From Saccostrea cucullata (Eukaryota), in the NCBI RefSeq assembly GCF_032062105.1, contig NW_026938995.1:124001-188000 (forward strand): a stretch of DNA of 64,000 bases, written 5' to 3'. Of this stretch, positions 38,425-51,300 are shown one piece after another. The notes under the pieces were generated by a model. It worked only from the letters and a program-made list of their open reading frames with translations. It searched no databases and was not told the origin of the DNA. Position 1 is the first letter of the stretch; each line of letters opens with the position of its first letter. A program made the position numbers and the translations under genes.

Positions 38425-41400
38425 CTATAGTTTTTTAAGCACTCTGATGATGTCATTAACTGTTCTCACTCCAACATTCGTCTGAAGAGGACCACTAAAC
38501 ATTAATAATGCGTTGTGGAAACCATCAGCTATATGTGAAAGTTCTACGTCTTTATTAAGATGTCTAAGACGCTCTGCAAACATAATTGCATCGTCACGGA
38601 TCAAATCATATCCGGCAGCCAAAATATATGTAAACGGGAAATGAGACAGTTCTTCATCAGATGCCATTAAAGGAAAGATGGTAGGATCTGTTAGTTTATC
38701 TTTCAGTTCCTTAAATAAAGTTTCATTGCCAATATATTCAACCTCAGGTTTCTTTAGTCTAAGCTCCTTGGATCGTATATATTTATCAGGTAAATATTTC
38801 TGCTGATCAAACAAAAACTTGTATTTCCCTCGTTTAAAATCAGCAGACGTGTGAAGATTGTTCAGAAACGCACCACACAATAAATGATCTAAATTAAGGT
38901 AATTCAAGAAAAAGTTTGTCATTTGTGGATCGTTAATACTTTTGTTTAGATACTCTACATTTTCTATAAACCCGATTGTTTTCATGTTCACCGCCTGTAA
39001 AACAGGCACCAGTAAAAGCAGCATTGCTATTTTCCCGCGCATTTCAGAGCGAAGTTGAACTGCTGCAGCAAGATTCCCGCCAGCACTGTCTCCACCTACT
39101 GCAATACGGCCTGGATCAACTCCAAGATTCCTAGCCTTATTGAAGACGTATGAAACAACATTTCTTATGTCGTCCAATCCAGCTGGATAAGGATTTTGAG
39201 GACTCAGTCGGTATCTGAACGAAAAAAAATGTTTAGATTTAAAAAAAAAAAAAGCAAATTAATTATAACATTAGTGAATATTGTAATATTCTGCATTTCT
39301 TGTTAAAACTCAATATTTTCGCTGACTGTTAATTAACAGGTGCACCATCTTTGCCAATTCATAACTGAGTTAAAAAAAAGAAGCGAATTTTAAAGGTCGG
39401 CTTAATTTTTTAAGAATACATATAGAGAGATATATAAGAAACTATCATTACGAAATACAAACCAGAAGTCTCTGTCGATACTGTTGCTCTACTGATTTAT
39501 CCTTGTAACAAAGGAAGAAAAGAGTAGCAGTTGGGACTTGAAACTTTAATACAGCGATAGATAAAATAATGATCCTTGATTAAGTCATTTTTTTGTGGCA
39601 ATATTCCAATAAGACTACAACTGTAGGAGAGCTTTTAAAATAATTTAACAGAATTTTCAATTTTAGTTACAATGGCAACATCATTGATATTTCATGAAAA
39701 GAAGAATTTTTTAAAAAGGCAATAATGTTTCTTAGTGTAGTCTACCTGCATGCCACATTATATTATAATCAGACTAAAACTGTATTTGGAATAGCATTTT
39801 AAAAGTATTTTCAGAAATTTATATTTTAAGCTACCACGGTAACAATGTTCATCAAAATCAAAAACGGTTGTACAGAATTATGTGGCTTAAAGTAGTCTTC
39901 TTGTGGTCTTTTGTTCTTTTGAAAGAACTTTTGAAAGAGTTTTCAAAGTTCTTTTGAAATTAGACCAAAACCGTAGGAGAGTTGCATTTGAAAAGCATTT
40001 CACAGAAATTTCTATTTTTAGTTACCACGGTAACACCGTTCATCGAAATCAAAAACTGATAAACAGAATTTTGTATCTTAGTGTAGTCTAATTGTGTGCC
40101 AAGTTATATTGAAATCAGACCAAATCTGTAGGAGAAGTAGCCTTTTTGAATTTTACAGAAATTTCTATTTTTAGTAACCACAGCAACACCGTCCATCGAA
40201 ATCAGAAACCGATAAAGAGAATTATGTATCTTAGTATAGTCTACTTATGTATTAAGTTATATTGAAATCGGATCAAAATTGTAAGAGAAGTTGCATTTTG
40301 AAAAAGTGTTTACAGACAGACGGACAGACGACGGACACATTACTATTGCAAAAGCTCTTCTGGTCTCTGACCAGTAGAGCTAAAATATCAGTGTATAATC
40401 TTCCTTTAAATATCTTGAAAATAAGATAATAAATGAAGCCAATTATCTTACTCCACTGATATGATAACTACACCAGTTTCCTTTGAAAGTCTTTGGTTAA
40501 AGAGGTCATAGTTATCTACGAAAAGAAATTTAAAAGTTATCAAAGCAAAAATACAATATATTCTTTATCTTAGCATTCAAAAGCAGCATTAAAACGAATA
40601 TGACAAATTCAAACTTACCGACAGAGAGAAAAGTCCAACCTCCTCCATGAATGTATATAAAGACAGGTCTGTTGGTTTGCTGAAGAGATGTTAACGGCTC
40701 GTAAAGACGGACCGGTATCCCATTCATTAACCTGTCCGTTAAACAAAACAATTTAGATAAAATACATTTATTATAATAAGTTTCATGCGTGTTTTTTATT
40801 TTAAAATTTCTTAACAACAATATTAGTATTCAACAACACTCCTAAATAAGATATATAAAAAAAATTCGTTTTGCATGTTTCGTTTTCCGACTACTCTTCA
40901 CACAATTTGGAAGCATGTTTTGGTATTTAAATACAAGTATAAAACAATATAATGCTTTACCTTTATTAGTTTTGATTCCAAAGTTTTTTTACGTTTGTAT
41001 TGTTACCAATTCCTTTCAACATTGGTGAAAATGGTTTTGTAATGCCAAGAGCAATCAGAACACCTATCTGACAAAACAAAATAAATTGAAGTGTTGCTAA
41101 TAAGATCATTTTTTTTCTTTTCACATCCAATCAACTACAGAAGTCCTGGAGAAACATTGTTTTGCTTATTAGGTATTTGACTTAATATTTTGTGACTTGA
41201 TTATTAGTTTTGTTATTTTACATTTGTATTCACAAGTTTATTTAATCACAAAACGTGGCGCACTAGATAGAGGCTACATGTAGGTTCAGACAGGAATATT
41301 TTGCCTTTGAATTTATTTCTACTTTAACTTACGAATATCAATCGCCTTGAACTTTTGATTTGTTTGTAATTTTAGTTAATGTTTTCTCGTTCTCGTAAAT

Positions 41401-42306
41401 TAATCCTCGCAGATTGATTCCAAACTGACGGATCGCGAATAAATAAAACGTGAGGCGAATAATAGTTGATTTTCAGTACAAAACACGAAAGTTTTTACCA
41501 AAGACGTCAAACTGGGAATCCGCATATATTTATACTCTCAGTTTATCCAAATGTTCCTCAAATAAGTTAGGGATACATTAATCATTGTGCTGTCATCAAC
41601 TATTTTAGGAACAGGATGTGACTCACGAAATGACCAAGGCCTTTCAAACATCATTCCATCACCCTGACACTGAGCTTCTCTTCGATGGGTTCTGGCACCC
41701 GTACATCTAACAATAAGGACAGCAGGACACAGGAGACCAACACAATAAAGGTGGTCTTCATTTTTTTGTGTTCGGAAGGTGTTACCCCTTGATAAGATAC
41801 GACTTTTATCTTTGCTTCTCACGAGTGTGTAAATCTAGTCAGATTATATGTGAAGTTTCTACAAATTTAACTATTGTTTATGTCTTTATGTTTGTTTGGT
41901 TTTGCTTTGTGTATGTTTTAGTGTGTTGAAATTGTTAATTTATCGATTAAAAGCAAAAAAAATATACAAAACGGACTAATCTTTACTGACTAATAGTCAT
42001 AAGATTTAAACAACATTTTTTTGAATGAGAATTTGTTTTTTCTTTTTTTTTAACCAAAATAATATCTAAACTACATTTATTATGTTTGCTCGTAATAAAC
42101 AGTAAAGTCTGTGTATGGTCTAGGACGAATGATCGAAATAAAGATTAAATTCAACTTACAAAATGGCCGATGTTTTTCATACATCCCTCCATGACCCTGA
42201 TACTGAACTTCTCCTCAATAGGTTCTGGTACCCGTACATCCAGAAAGGAGTACAACAGAACACAGAAAACTAAAACAATCAAAGTACATACATAAAACAC
42301 CTTCAT
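38425..42306 (-). CDS. Arylacetamide deacetylase / neutral cholesterol ester hydrolase-like lipase (HSL family), copy 1; 5' part damaged, possibly a pseudogene or N-truncated
   Basis: HGGGW exon (~40619-40727), exon ~40452-40515 and large terminal exon 38425-39214 with GDSAG, YDLIRDD and HIADGFHN. First exon 42160-42306 is intact (MKVFYVCTLIVLVFCVLL..). Exon 2 (40961-41067) ends in in-frame TAA TAA (40963-40968), and the normal exon-3 acceptor is altered. Confidence 0.75.
39640..40385 (+). mobile_element. Helentron/pearl-like non-autonomous element with internal ~150-190-bp tandem repeats
   Basis: Four units CAGAAATTTCTATTTTTAGTTACCACGGTAAC..GTAGTCTA..GTAGGAGAAGTTGCATTT, then a GACAGACGGACAGACGACGGAC microsatellite and a terminal hairpin AGCTCTTCTGGTC-TCT-GACCAGTAGAGCT. 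Absent from the paralogous intron of copy 2. Confidence 0.7.
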
Positions 42307-42929
42307 TTTGTAAACACCTTGTAAAATGTATTTTGGTTTAAGAGAGGCTTATCTGGTAAATTTGACCGGTTATCATATTCTGTTTAGAGAAGTGGACAGG
42401 CTTTTGCCTGTCCACTTCTCTAGAGAAAATACCGTTTATCAATGTACTCAGGTAACTAATATTTACCAGTGGAGTTCTAGGTCCTTCACGTCTTTAGCCG
42501 TGCTTATTAGATGCACTGCAGTATTGTCAAAACATTATTTTACAAATTCGTAGTTGCGTTCAAATTTTACATGTAAACATTTCAGGCTACATTTAATTCA
42601 TTGGAAAATTGTGTATGAAATTGATAAAATAAACAAGCTCCAGTTAGGTTATTTAAACTATATACAAATTTGGAGCGGAACAAACAAAGACCTCTAAAAT
42701 CATCAGTTGTGGGGTCATCTTTCATGGAAAAGAAAGGATTCTCGATAGACCGATTATATTCCATGTGTTCTCCTTAACATGATAACTGAAGATATTGTTC
42801 ATTTATATTCATTGTTCGATCATATATCAGCATACATTTCAAGTAGTTTTTAGGGATATCACATCATTAAAATCTTTGTTTTTTTTCCAAACACTTCTTT
42901 TATTGAATTTATAAAATCATTCATGTTTG

Positions 42930-44300
42930 GATAATTGCTGCTTTCAATATTAGCTGGTAAAGAGTAGGTTTGAAGCATATAACAAAGTTTTTTTCTATAT
43001 TATTTTTATTATCATACCTTCTGCGTCCTTTATTGAATTCCATGGTGTGTGGAGTAAAAATGGTTTGATATTCCCTTTTAACTTCTATGTATTGAATCGT
43101 AGAAACCATTATCGATGAACATGTATCTGTTGAAAAATCAAATACTATTTGATTAAGCTTTTTAATATATAGTACCGAAAAATTACACACCCTATTCATT
43201 AAGTGAAACCAGTAGTTTTCAAAATATTAATTTTGAAGCTGAAAAAAGATAAATTGTAAAGTAAAAAAGATATAAAATTTCAGACCCATTTTCATGATTT
43301 TTCTGTTAACTCTAAGTGGTAATTACTGTAAACTTGGATTATCTCCCTTTACAAAATTGGTTTATTTCTCATCTTGATATTTTGTGTCTGCTACAAATCA
43401 TATGTCATTGTTAATAATACTTTTGAGAATTTCAAACAAATTATTACACGTCACAAAGGTGGCAACACACGACAAACTGTTTTACAGACTTTTTACTCAT
43501 TGAAGGAGGATAAGATAAGGTGTTCTAGTGTTGAAAGGATTATGGAAAGCCAATTATCAGGGATATTGTATCAGGCTTACCATGCTAAAAGAGGGCTTTG
43601 TGGAATTCATTACATTTTGTGTATACATCCTCCGAAATTCTGTTGAATCTTTGATACGAAATACAGAAAATTATAATCTAGATAAACTGAAATACAGATA
43701 CATACATTGCATTAAAATATACTGGTATATTATAGAAAGACAAACAGAGCTTGTCAATTTGACATGAAATAATAAATATCTTTTATATCTTTATATATAA
43801 ACATTTATAAACTTGCAGGATGAAAAATATTGTGTAGAAAATTGTATAAGTAATTCATTGATTGCATATGTATGGATTGTAAGTCACAATAATACTTCTT
43901 TGTAACCCAAAATTTTATTCATTGTTCTCTTAAAATAATAGACACAAGAAACAAAATATTTGAACACATGGAAAGTAGACCTTAATGCAAGCCTGGGGAC
44001 CATAAAACTAAGACGAGCTCACTTTTGATCTCAGTCACGCTTTTCCACTATGTATTTCTTTGTGGAAAGTAACACTGAAATCAAAATTGAGCTGGGTTTT
44101 ATAGCCCCAGGCCAGAGTTCATATGCTTTTATTCTTGTCTCTGCATTCAAGGTCAAAAGCAATATTGTCAAGCCAGAAACTCTCGTAGTCCCTCATTAAC
44201 TGAAAATTATAGAACATGGTAGTGTCTGGTGTATCACCCGCCAGATGCCTGTTCGCGGTCCCATAAAATATCTTATGACAAATCTTGTCCTCATCATTTT
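42930..44300 (-). pseudogene. Truncated third copy (C) of the receptor-like gene
   Basis: Homologs of exon 6 (~43017-43126), exon 5 with an internal deletion (~43581-43649) and part of exon 2 (~44140-44298). The GC donor is mutated to AC. Exons 1, 3, 4 and 7-9 are missing. Confidence 0.8.
43991..44112. mobile_element. PIF/Harbinger-like MITE at the position equivalent to 35615
   Basis: Same TIRs and same flanks (TGCAA|...|CAGAG). Confidence 0.8.
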
Positions 44301-44737
44301 GGGAAATATTTTGAATTTAATTCAGTGGAAATTTATACATGTTTTTGGAATCATCTAAAAGTCAATATTCGTAAATTGTCATTAAACGTCACCCTGCATC
44401 AAAATATTCAGAAATCCGTGTTTGGTCAGCACAGATCAATCGTCTACCTTGTTTTAAATCGATAATCATAATATTCTTTAATTCTCTTTTCATGGTATAA
44501 CTGATTACAACCATCGTTTATATTCCCTTGCTTTAAAGTTGAATAATACTTATAATGAAACTTGAGAACCTGTAAAATTTTAAACACTTTTATTGTATTT
44601 GGTACTTATCTAAGCTTGATGGGGGTTTTTTTTTTTGTTGATAATCATTCATTTATTATATTGCCCCGATATCCTTTTCAGAGGGATAAGATGAATAAGA
44701 AAGTCAAGTGATGCACTTTGAATTTGAGTTTAATTAC

Positions 44738-44738
44738 T

Positions 44739-44769
<31 letters not shown>

Positions 44770-44770
44770 T
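44738..44770. repeat. (ATTT)n microsatellite
   Basis: About 8 tandem TTTA units. Confidence 0.9.
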
Positions 44771-44976
44771 GTAGTTCATATTATAAATTTATTAACGTAG
44801 TTCATGAACTTCTTCCACATGGTAGTATAAATGTATTCTCCAAAGAGTTGTTACTTAAAATTGTCGTTGTATACAGGTATTGTATATTACTTTGCTACAA
44901 TAACAATATCAAATAATAGAATTGCTTTGTAACATCTTATTTAAATTAATAAATAAGTAGCATTGTATACATGTTG

Positions 44977-47226
44977 CTATAGTTTTTTAAGCACTCTGAT
45001 GATGTCATTCACTGTTCTCACGCCAACATTCGTCTGAAGAGGACCATCAAACATCAATAATGCGTTGTGGAAACCATCAGCTATATGTGAAAGCTCTACG
45101 TCTTTATTAAGATGTCTAAGACGTTCTGCAAACATGATTGCATCGTCACGGATCAAATCATATCCGGCAGCCAAAATATATGTAAACGGGAAATGAGACA
45201 GTTCTTCATCAGATGCCATTAAAGGAAAGATGGTAGGATCTGTTAGTTTATCTTTCAATTCCTTAAATAAAGTTTCATTACCAATATATTCAACCTCGGG
45301 TCTCTTTAGTCTAAGCTCCTTGGATCGTATATATTTATCAGGTAAATATGTCTGCTGATCAAACAAAAACTTGTATTTCCCTCGTTTGAAATCAGCAGAC
45401 GTATGAAGGTTGTTCAGAAACGCACCACACAATGAATGATCTAAATTGAGGTAGGTCAAGAAATAGTTTGTCTTTTGAGGATCGTTCATACTTTTGTTTA
45501 GATACTCTATATTTTCTATAAACCCGATGGTTTTCATGTTCACTGCCTGTAATACAGGCACCAATAAAAGCAGCATTGCTATTTTCCCGCGCATTTCAGG
45601 GCGAAGTTGAACTGCTGCAGCAAGATTCCCGCCAGAACTGTCTCCACCTACTGCAATACGGCCTGGATCAACTCCAAGATCCCTAGCGTTTTTGAAAACG
45701 TATGAAACAACATTTTTTATGTCGTCCAATCCAGCTGGATAGGGATTTTGAGGAATCAGCCGGTATCTGTGAGAAAAAGTTGTTTGTACTTAAAAAAGCA
45801 AATGAATAATTATATAAGTTAATATTGTAATATTCTGCATTTCTGGTCAAAAACTCAATATTTTGGCTGACTGATAATTCAGATGCGCACCGACTTTGCC
45901 AAAAATGAATAGCCAAAGGTAGGCTTAATTTTTAATTCCATATAAAGAATACATATAAAGAAAATATCATTATGAAATACAAAAAAAATCTGTGAAAAAT
46001 CTTTCTAAAACTATCTTGAAAATAAGATAATAAAGTAAGCCAATTATCTTACTCCACGGATACGATAACTACACCAGTTTCCTTTGAAAGTCTTTGGTTA
46101 AAGAGGTCATAGTTATCTACGAAAAGAAAATTATCAAAACAAAAATACAAAATATATACATGTATATTCTTCATCCTAGCTTTCCAAAGCAGCATTAAAA
46201 CGAATATGACAAATTCAAACTGACCGACAGAGAGAAAAGTCCAGCCTCCTCCGTGAATGTATATAAAGACAGATCTGTTGGTTTGCTGAAGAGATGTTAA
46301 CGGCTCGTAAAGACGGACCGGTATCCCATTCATTAACCTGTCCGTTATCTGTCAGAAAATTTTTAAATATATGTATTTCAGGCTCTTCTTTTCTCCTGAT
46401 TGGTCATGATTTGAACAAATTTGAATCTTCACTACCAGAAGATGCTTCCATATAAACATGAACAATCACAACTTTGCTGTTCTTGAGAAGAAGATTTTTT
46501 CAAGATTTTTTCTATGTATTCTTATGTTAAACTTTGATACCCGATTATGGTCCCACCCTACCCCCGGGGGGTCATGATTTGAACAAATTTGAATCTACAC
46601 TACCAGAGGATGCTTCCAAATAACTATGAGCAATCATGGCCTTGCTGTTCTTGAGAAGAATTTTAAAGATTTCCCCCAAGTATTCCTATGTTAAACTTTA
46701 ATCCCTCATTGTGGCTCCATCCTACCCTCGGGGGTCATGACTAATAAACTTGAATCTAAACTACCAGAGGATGCTTCCACTTGAAATTCATTTTTCATGG
46801 CCCAGTAATTCTTGAGAAGAATCTTTTTAAAGATGTTCCCAATATATTCCTATGTTAGACTTTGACTTCCCATTGTGGCCCCCAACCCTACCCCTGAGGG
46901 TCATGATTTGAACAAACTTGAATTTACACTACCTGATGAAGCTCTCAAATGAGTTTCATCTTTCCTAACCCATTGGTTCTTGAGAATAAGAATTTTAAAG
47001 ATTTTCCCTATGTATTCCTATGTTAAACTCTGACCAAATATCATGGCCCCACCCTACTCCTGGGGGTCATGATTTCAAGAGACTTGAATCTACACTACCT
47101 TAGGATGCTTCCACATGAGTTTCATTTTTCCTGGCCCTGTGGTTTCTGAGAAAAGAATTTTAAAAGACCCATTATTTTTTTCACTAATTCATAATTACCT
47201 TCCCTTAGAAGAGGACGTGGCCCTTC

Positions 47227-47257
<31 letters not shown>

Positions 47258-47362
47258 AGACACTTTGTGGCAAGTTTGGTTGGGATAGGCCCAGTGGTTC
47301 TTGAGAAGAAGACGAAAATGTGAAGTTTACGTCGACAACAACAACGACAACAACGACGACAA

Positions 47363-47406
<44 letters not shown>

Positions 47407-48612
47407 GTCAGGTGAGCTTATGGGTCATAATGCTTTACCTTTAGATCTTTGTCTTGTGGATTCCAAAGTTTTCCTGTAGTACATACTCTGTAGACATTGC
47501 TACCAATTCCTTTCAACATTGGTGAAAATGGTTTTGTAATGCCAAGAGCAATCAGAACACCTAACTAACAAAACAAAGTGAAGTGTTGCTAAAAAGATCA
47601 TTTTTATCATTTCACATCCAATCAACTACGGAAGCCTGGAGAAAGAAACATCGCCTTGCTTATAAGGTGTTTGACTTCATATTGATTAGTTTCATTATTT
47701 TACATTTGTATTCACAAGTTAACTTAACCCCAAAACGTTGCGCACAAGATAAGGGCTACATGAAGGTTCAGGGTTTGGTGTAAAATGCGGAGGATGGAGT
47801 CTCCAAAATGGAGGGCCAGAGAGTGCAAGGGATGGAGCCTATTATGTCAATTTTAATACATTTGACTGTTTTTTTTCTTTCAATCATTTTAAAACTGAAT
47901 TCAACTGGGTTGCTTGTAGAGCTCTCCATCAGTGATAAAATTTGCCTGTCAGAATTAATAACTGAGTCTAAATAATCATGTAATGCATTACACATTGCAA
48001 ATCACTTTATCAGTAAATTAACATCAATTGGAAAGTCTATTTCACATTGTGGTAAAACCTGCAAAAGCTTGGGTAGGCGTATGTATAAACGTGTGAGAAA
48101 TAGTGTAAGAACACGAACGCTTTTACCAAAGGTGTCAAACTGGGAATCCACCCATATATTTATACTTTCAGGGTACTGTAGACGTACTTTTTTCCGCGCA
48201 GTATTAATTTACGCTATGTACGCGATCACAAATTTTCCGCGGAAATTTGTCCAAGCGTACTTAATATAAATGCAAGGCATATAGTGACAGTTTGAAAAAT
48301 CCGCGTAATTTTCAACACGCGGATTAAACGGAAATTAAGATTCCGCGGAATTAAAACCCCGTGGAAAAAAGAACGTCTACAGGATCCAAATGTTCCTCAA
48401 ATAAGTTAGGGATACATGAATCATTGTGCTTTCATCAACTTTTTTAGGAACAGGATGTGACTCACGAAATGACCAAGGCCTTTCAAACATCCTTCCATTA
48501 CCCTGGTACTGAGCTTTTCTTCGATGGGTTCTGGCACCCGCACATCTAACAATAACGACAACAGGACACAGGAGACCAAGACAATAAAGGCACACACGTG
48601 TAATGTCCTCAT
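44977..48612 (-). CDS. Arylacetamide deacetylase / NCEH1-like lipase (HSL family), copy 2, intact (~416 aa)
   Basis: Phase-consistent exons: 48466-48612 (signal anchor MRTLHVCAFIVLVSCVLLSLLL), 47439-47564, 46225-46348 (HGGGW), ~46053-46116, 44977-45766 (YRL.P..PYPAGLDD, GDSSG, DLIRDD, GFHN). Confidence 0.88.
46370..47420 (+). mobile_element. Helentron-associated element carrying a ~166-bp Cg170/HindIII-like satellite array
   Basis: Units anchored on TCATGATTTGAACAAA.TTGAATC at ~46404, 46572, 46735, 46901 and 47068. The tail has a (ACA/ACG)n microsatellite and the hairpin AAGCTCACTTGAGCC-TTC-GGGTCAGGTGAGCTT. It lies in intron 2 of lipase copy 2. Confidence 0.85.
48176..48382. mobile_element. 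~207-bp pogo-like MITE
   Basis: TIRs CTGTAGACGTACTTTTTTCC / GGAAAAAAGAACGTCTACAG. The empty TA site is visible in the paralogous intron at ~41544. Confidence 0.8.
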
Positions 48613-50899
48613 TTTGCTTTTTGTACAAAAGGTGTTACCCCTTGATAAGATACGACTTTTATCTTTGCTTCTGACGAGTGTGTAAATCCAGTCAGATTAT
48701 ATGTGAAGTTTCTACAAATTTAACTATTGTTTATGTATTTATGTTTGTTTGGTTTTGGTTTGTGTGTGAGTGTGTTTGAATGTAAAATAAATTGTTAACT
48801 TTTCGATTATTATTTTTTTTGAATGAAAATTGTTCTTTTTTCAAAAGATGATATCTACATTTATTATGTTTGCTCGTAGTAAACAGTATACATGTATAGT
48901 CGGTGTATAGAGTCTTGATTTACTGGATTTTTATTTTGAGGTTTAAATCCATTTGTGCACTTTCTTGGACATATTGTATTTTGTATGAATAACGCATTAT
49001 ATATAAACAGTGCTTCATTGTATGATTGTACCAATTAAGTAGTCCATGACTTGTGCATAAGTATTAAAAAACACATCCACGGGGACCCCAAAAGAATAAA
49101 AAATATTTAAGATGCACAAATATTGTTTTCCTGCATTTTTCAAGAGTATTTAAAAATAAGTTCAATTTCCTGTGATTTTGTGGTTTCAAGACAGTTTTCG
49201 AAAACAATAAAACAGATATCGTTGATTACTTAGTCGACTTACAGTTTCTTTTTCACAATAGAAGGTAAAGGGTATATATTTATTTATTCCTTTTCCTTTT
49301 GTAATAGATGCATCAATCAATGAACTGATAAACTTTCAAACAAGTAGGTATATGTTGATGCGAACAAGGTCAAATAGACGGGAAAGTTCGGTATTAGAAT
49401 AGCTCTAATATTCAAATTAAGCAAACAAGGATGAATGAAATAAACAATAAATTCAACTTACAAATTGGCCGAGGCCTTTCATACATCCCTCCATGATCCT
49501 GATGCTGATCTTCTCCTCAATAGGTTCAGGTATCCGTACATCTAGAAAGGAGGACAACAGAACACAGAAAAAGTACACACATAAAACACCTTCGTTTTGT
49601 AAACACCTTGAAAATGTATTTTGGTTTAAGAGAGGCTTATCTGGTAAATTCGACTCCGTCAATGTACTCAGGTTACTTATTTTTACAAGTTGAGTTCTTT
49701 GTCCTTCCTGTCTTTAACCGCGCTTATTTGATGCACTGCCGTATTGTCAAAACATTATTTAACAAATTCTTTGTTGCGTTCAAACTTTACATATAAAATT
49801 TTCAGACTACATTTATTTCATTGGAAAATTGTGTATGAAATATGAAGATAAATGAAAATTAACAAGCTCCGATTAAGTTATTTAAACAATACAAGTTGGG
49901 AGCAGATCAAACACAGACCTCTAAAATCATCAGTGGTGGGGTCATCTGTCATGGAGAAGAAATGATTCTCTATCGACCGATTATATTCCCTGTGTGCTCC
50001 TTAACATGATGGCTGAAGATATTGTTCATTTATATTCATTGTTCCATCATATGTCAGCATACATTTCCAGTAGTTTTTAGATATCATAAAAAATTATAAA
50101 GAAAATCTTTGTTTTTTCAAAGAAAGTGAACAAACATATATTTTTATCTACTGTTTCATAAAAGTTTGATTCCGAAGTGGTGTGCGGCATTACCAGGCTT
50201 CATAAAATCATATCAAGATCATCCAATTTTTGAAACTCAAATTATACTGGGAAAAGAAAATTAAGTTCAAAAACTACATTGCTCTATTAAAGAAAATCCG
50301 TAGATAATTCTATTTGAAAAATTATGAATGTATCACTAAACAAGAATAAAAAAATATATTCTAACTGAAAAGACCACAAGACAATGTCAAGGAAGTTGAT
50401 GAGAAAGAAAGGTAATTCTGAACTGATCAATCAAAACGGTGAAAACGTATACGAAAAAGGGGGGTTAATTTTCAGGATATGGTGCCACATGTCAGCCCCC
50501 AAAAATGCCAACATGCGACAGACGTGCTTGTCATTATTAAAGATAATGATTCAACATTCAAGTTACCAATAGATAACCTGAAAATCTAATTTCGTAGATT
50601 TTAGAAACGAACCCCAGTATCTGACACAATACATAGAAGTTGAACTTATTCTTATTGGTATTTGATTTATTTATGCCTTGATTTGCCATTCTTATTTTTA
50701 CAAATAACAATTTTGTTGAAATTAAATATCCCGTCAATATCCTACATACTTCTGATTTCATGAGACATTTATGTCAACAAAATAACCATGCAATTCATTT
50801 TAGTCGACTTAATTCGCATTTCATTTTAACACAGTAAGTCGCATAGTGAATTGTCACATTGCTTATAATTTTTTTATGACGGATAGATTAACCGGCCTT

Positions 50900-51300
50900 T
50901 TGTCAAATAAGTTGCATGTTAACTAAGACACATGCAGTATGTTGCATCCTGTATGTAAAATATCGTGTAAAAATAAATATACTCAATATATAATAAGACT
51001 TTCCATTAAAAATGTAACTTGCGTGTAAATAATTATTTTTTTGTACGTTCGACACCCAGACGTGCTTTCGACAGGTTGTTGGAAGACCTGGTCTCCAAAG
51101 ACAACCTTTAGAAATATTGTCAATCAGAAACTCAGGCATCTATTTTATATCAACATCAGAGTATCTGTGTGTACAATCAGAATATTTTAACACTTTTTAT
51201 CTTGCAAGTAGAAGGAAGAGTCAAGAGATAATTTTACCGAAAATTGGCTTCATAATCGTGTAAAATACTTTTGAGGTAAAGTTAAAGAATTATTTTTTTT
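50900..51300 (-). mobile_element. Decayed Penelope-like RT fragment (N-terminal half)
   Basis: Minus strand M(P/L)EFLIDNI..FGDQVFQQPV, preceded by CACAGATACTCTGATGTTGATATAAAA, typical of the same PLE family. Confidence 0.55.

Larger units (their letters stand above)
42930..50120. repeat. Second unit of a tandem segmental duplication (first unit ~33700-42890)
   Basis: Collinear homology including non-coding DNA: 33710~42942, 35570~43873, 37785~44308, 38425~44977, 41500~48120, 42560-42890~49780-50120. Confidence 0.88.

Noticed and set aside
41651-41653. In-frame TGA as selenocysteine
   Set aside because: It aligns to Gly (GGA) in the three homologous exons rather than Cys, and no SECIS is evident, so it is a nonsense mutation.
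47122-47394. Cys/Arg-rich 90-aa ORF (CRRCCRCCCRR)
   Set aside because: It is the antisense translation of the microsatellite tail of the Helentron-like element.
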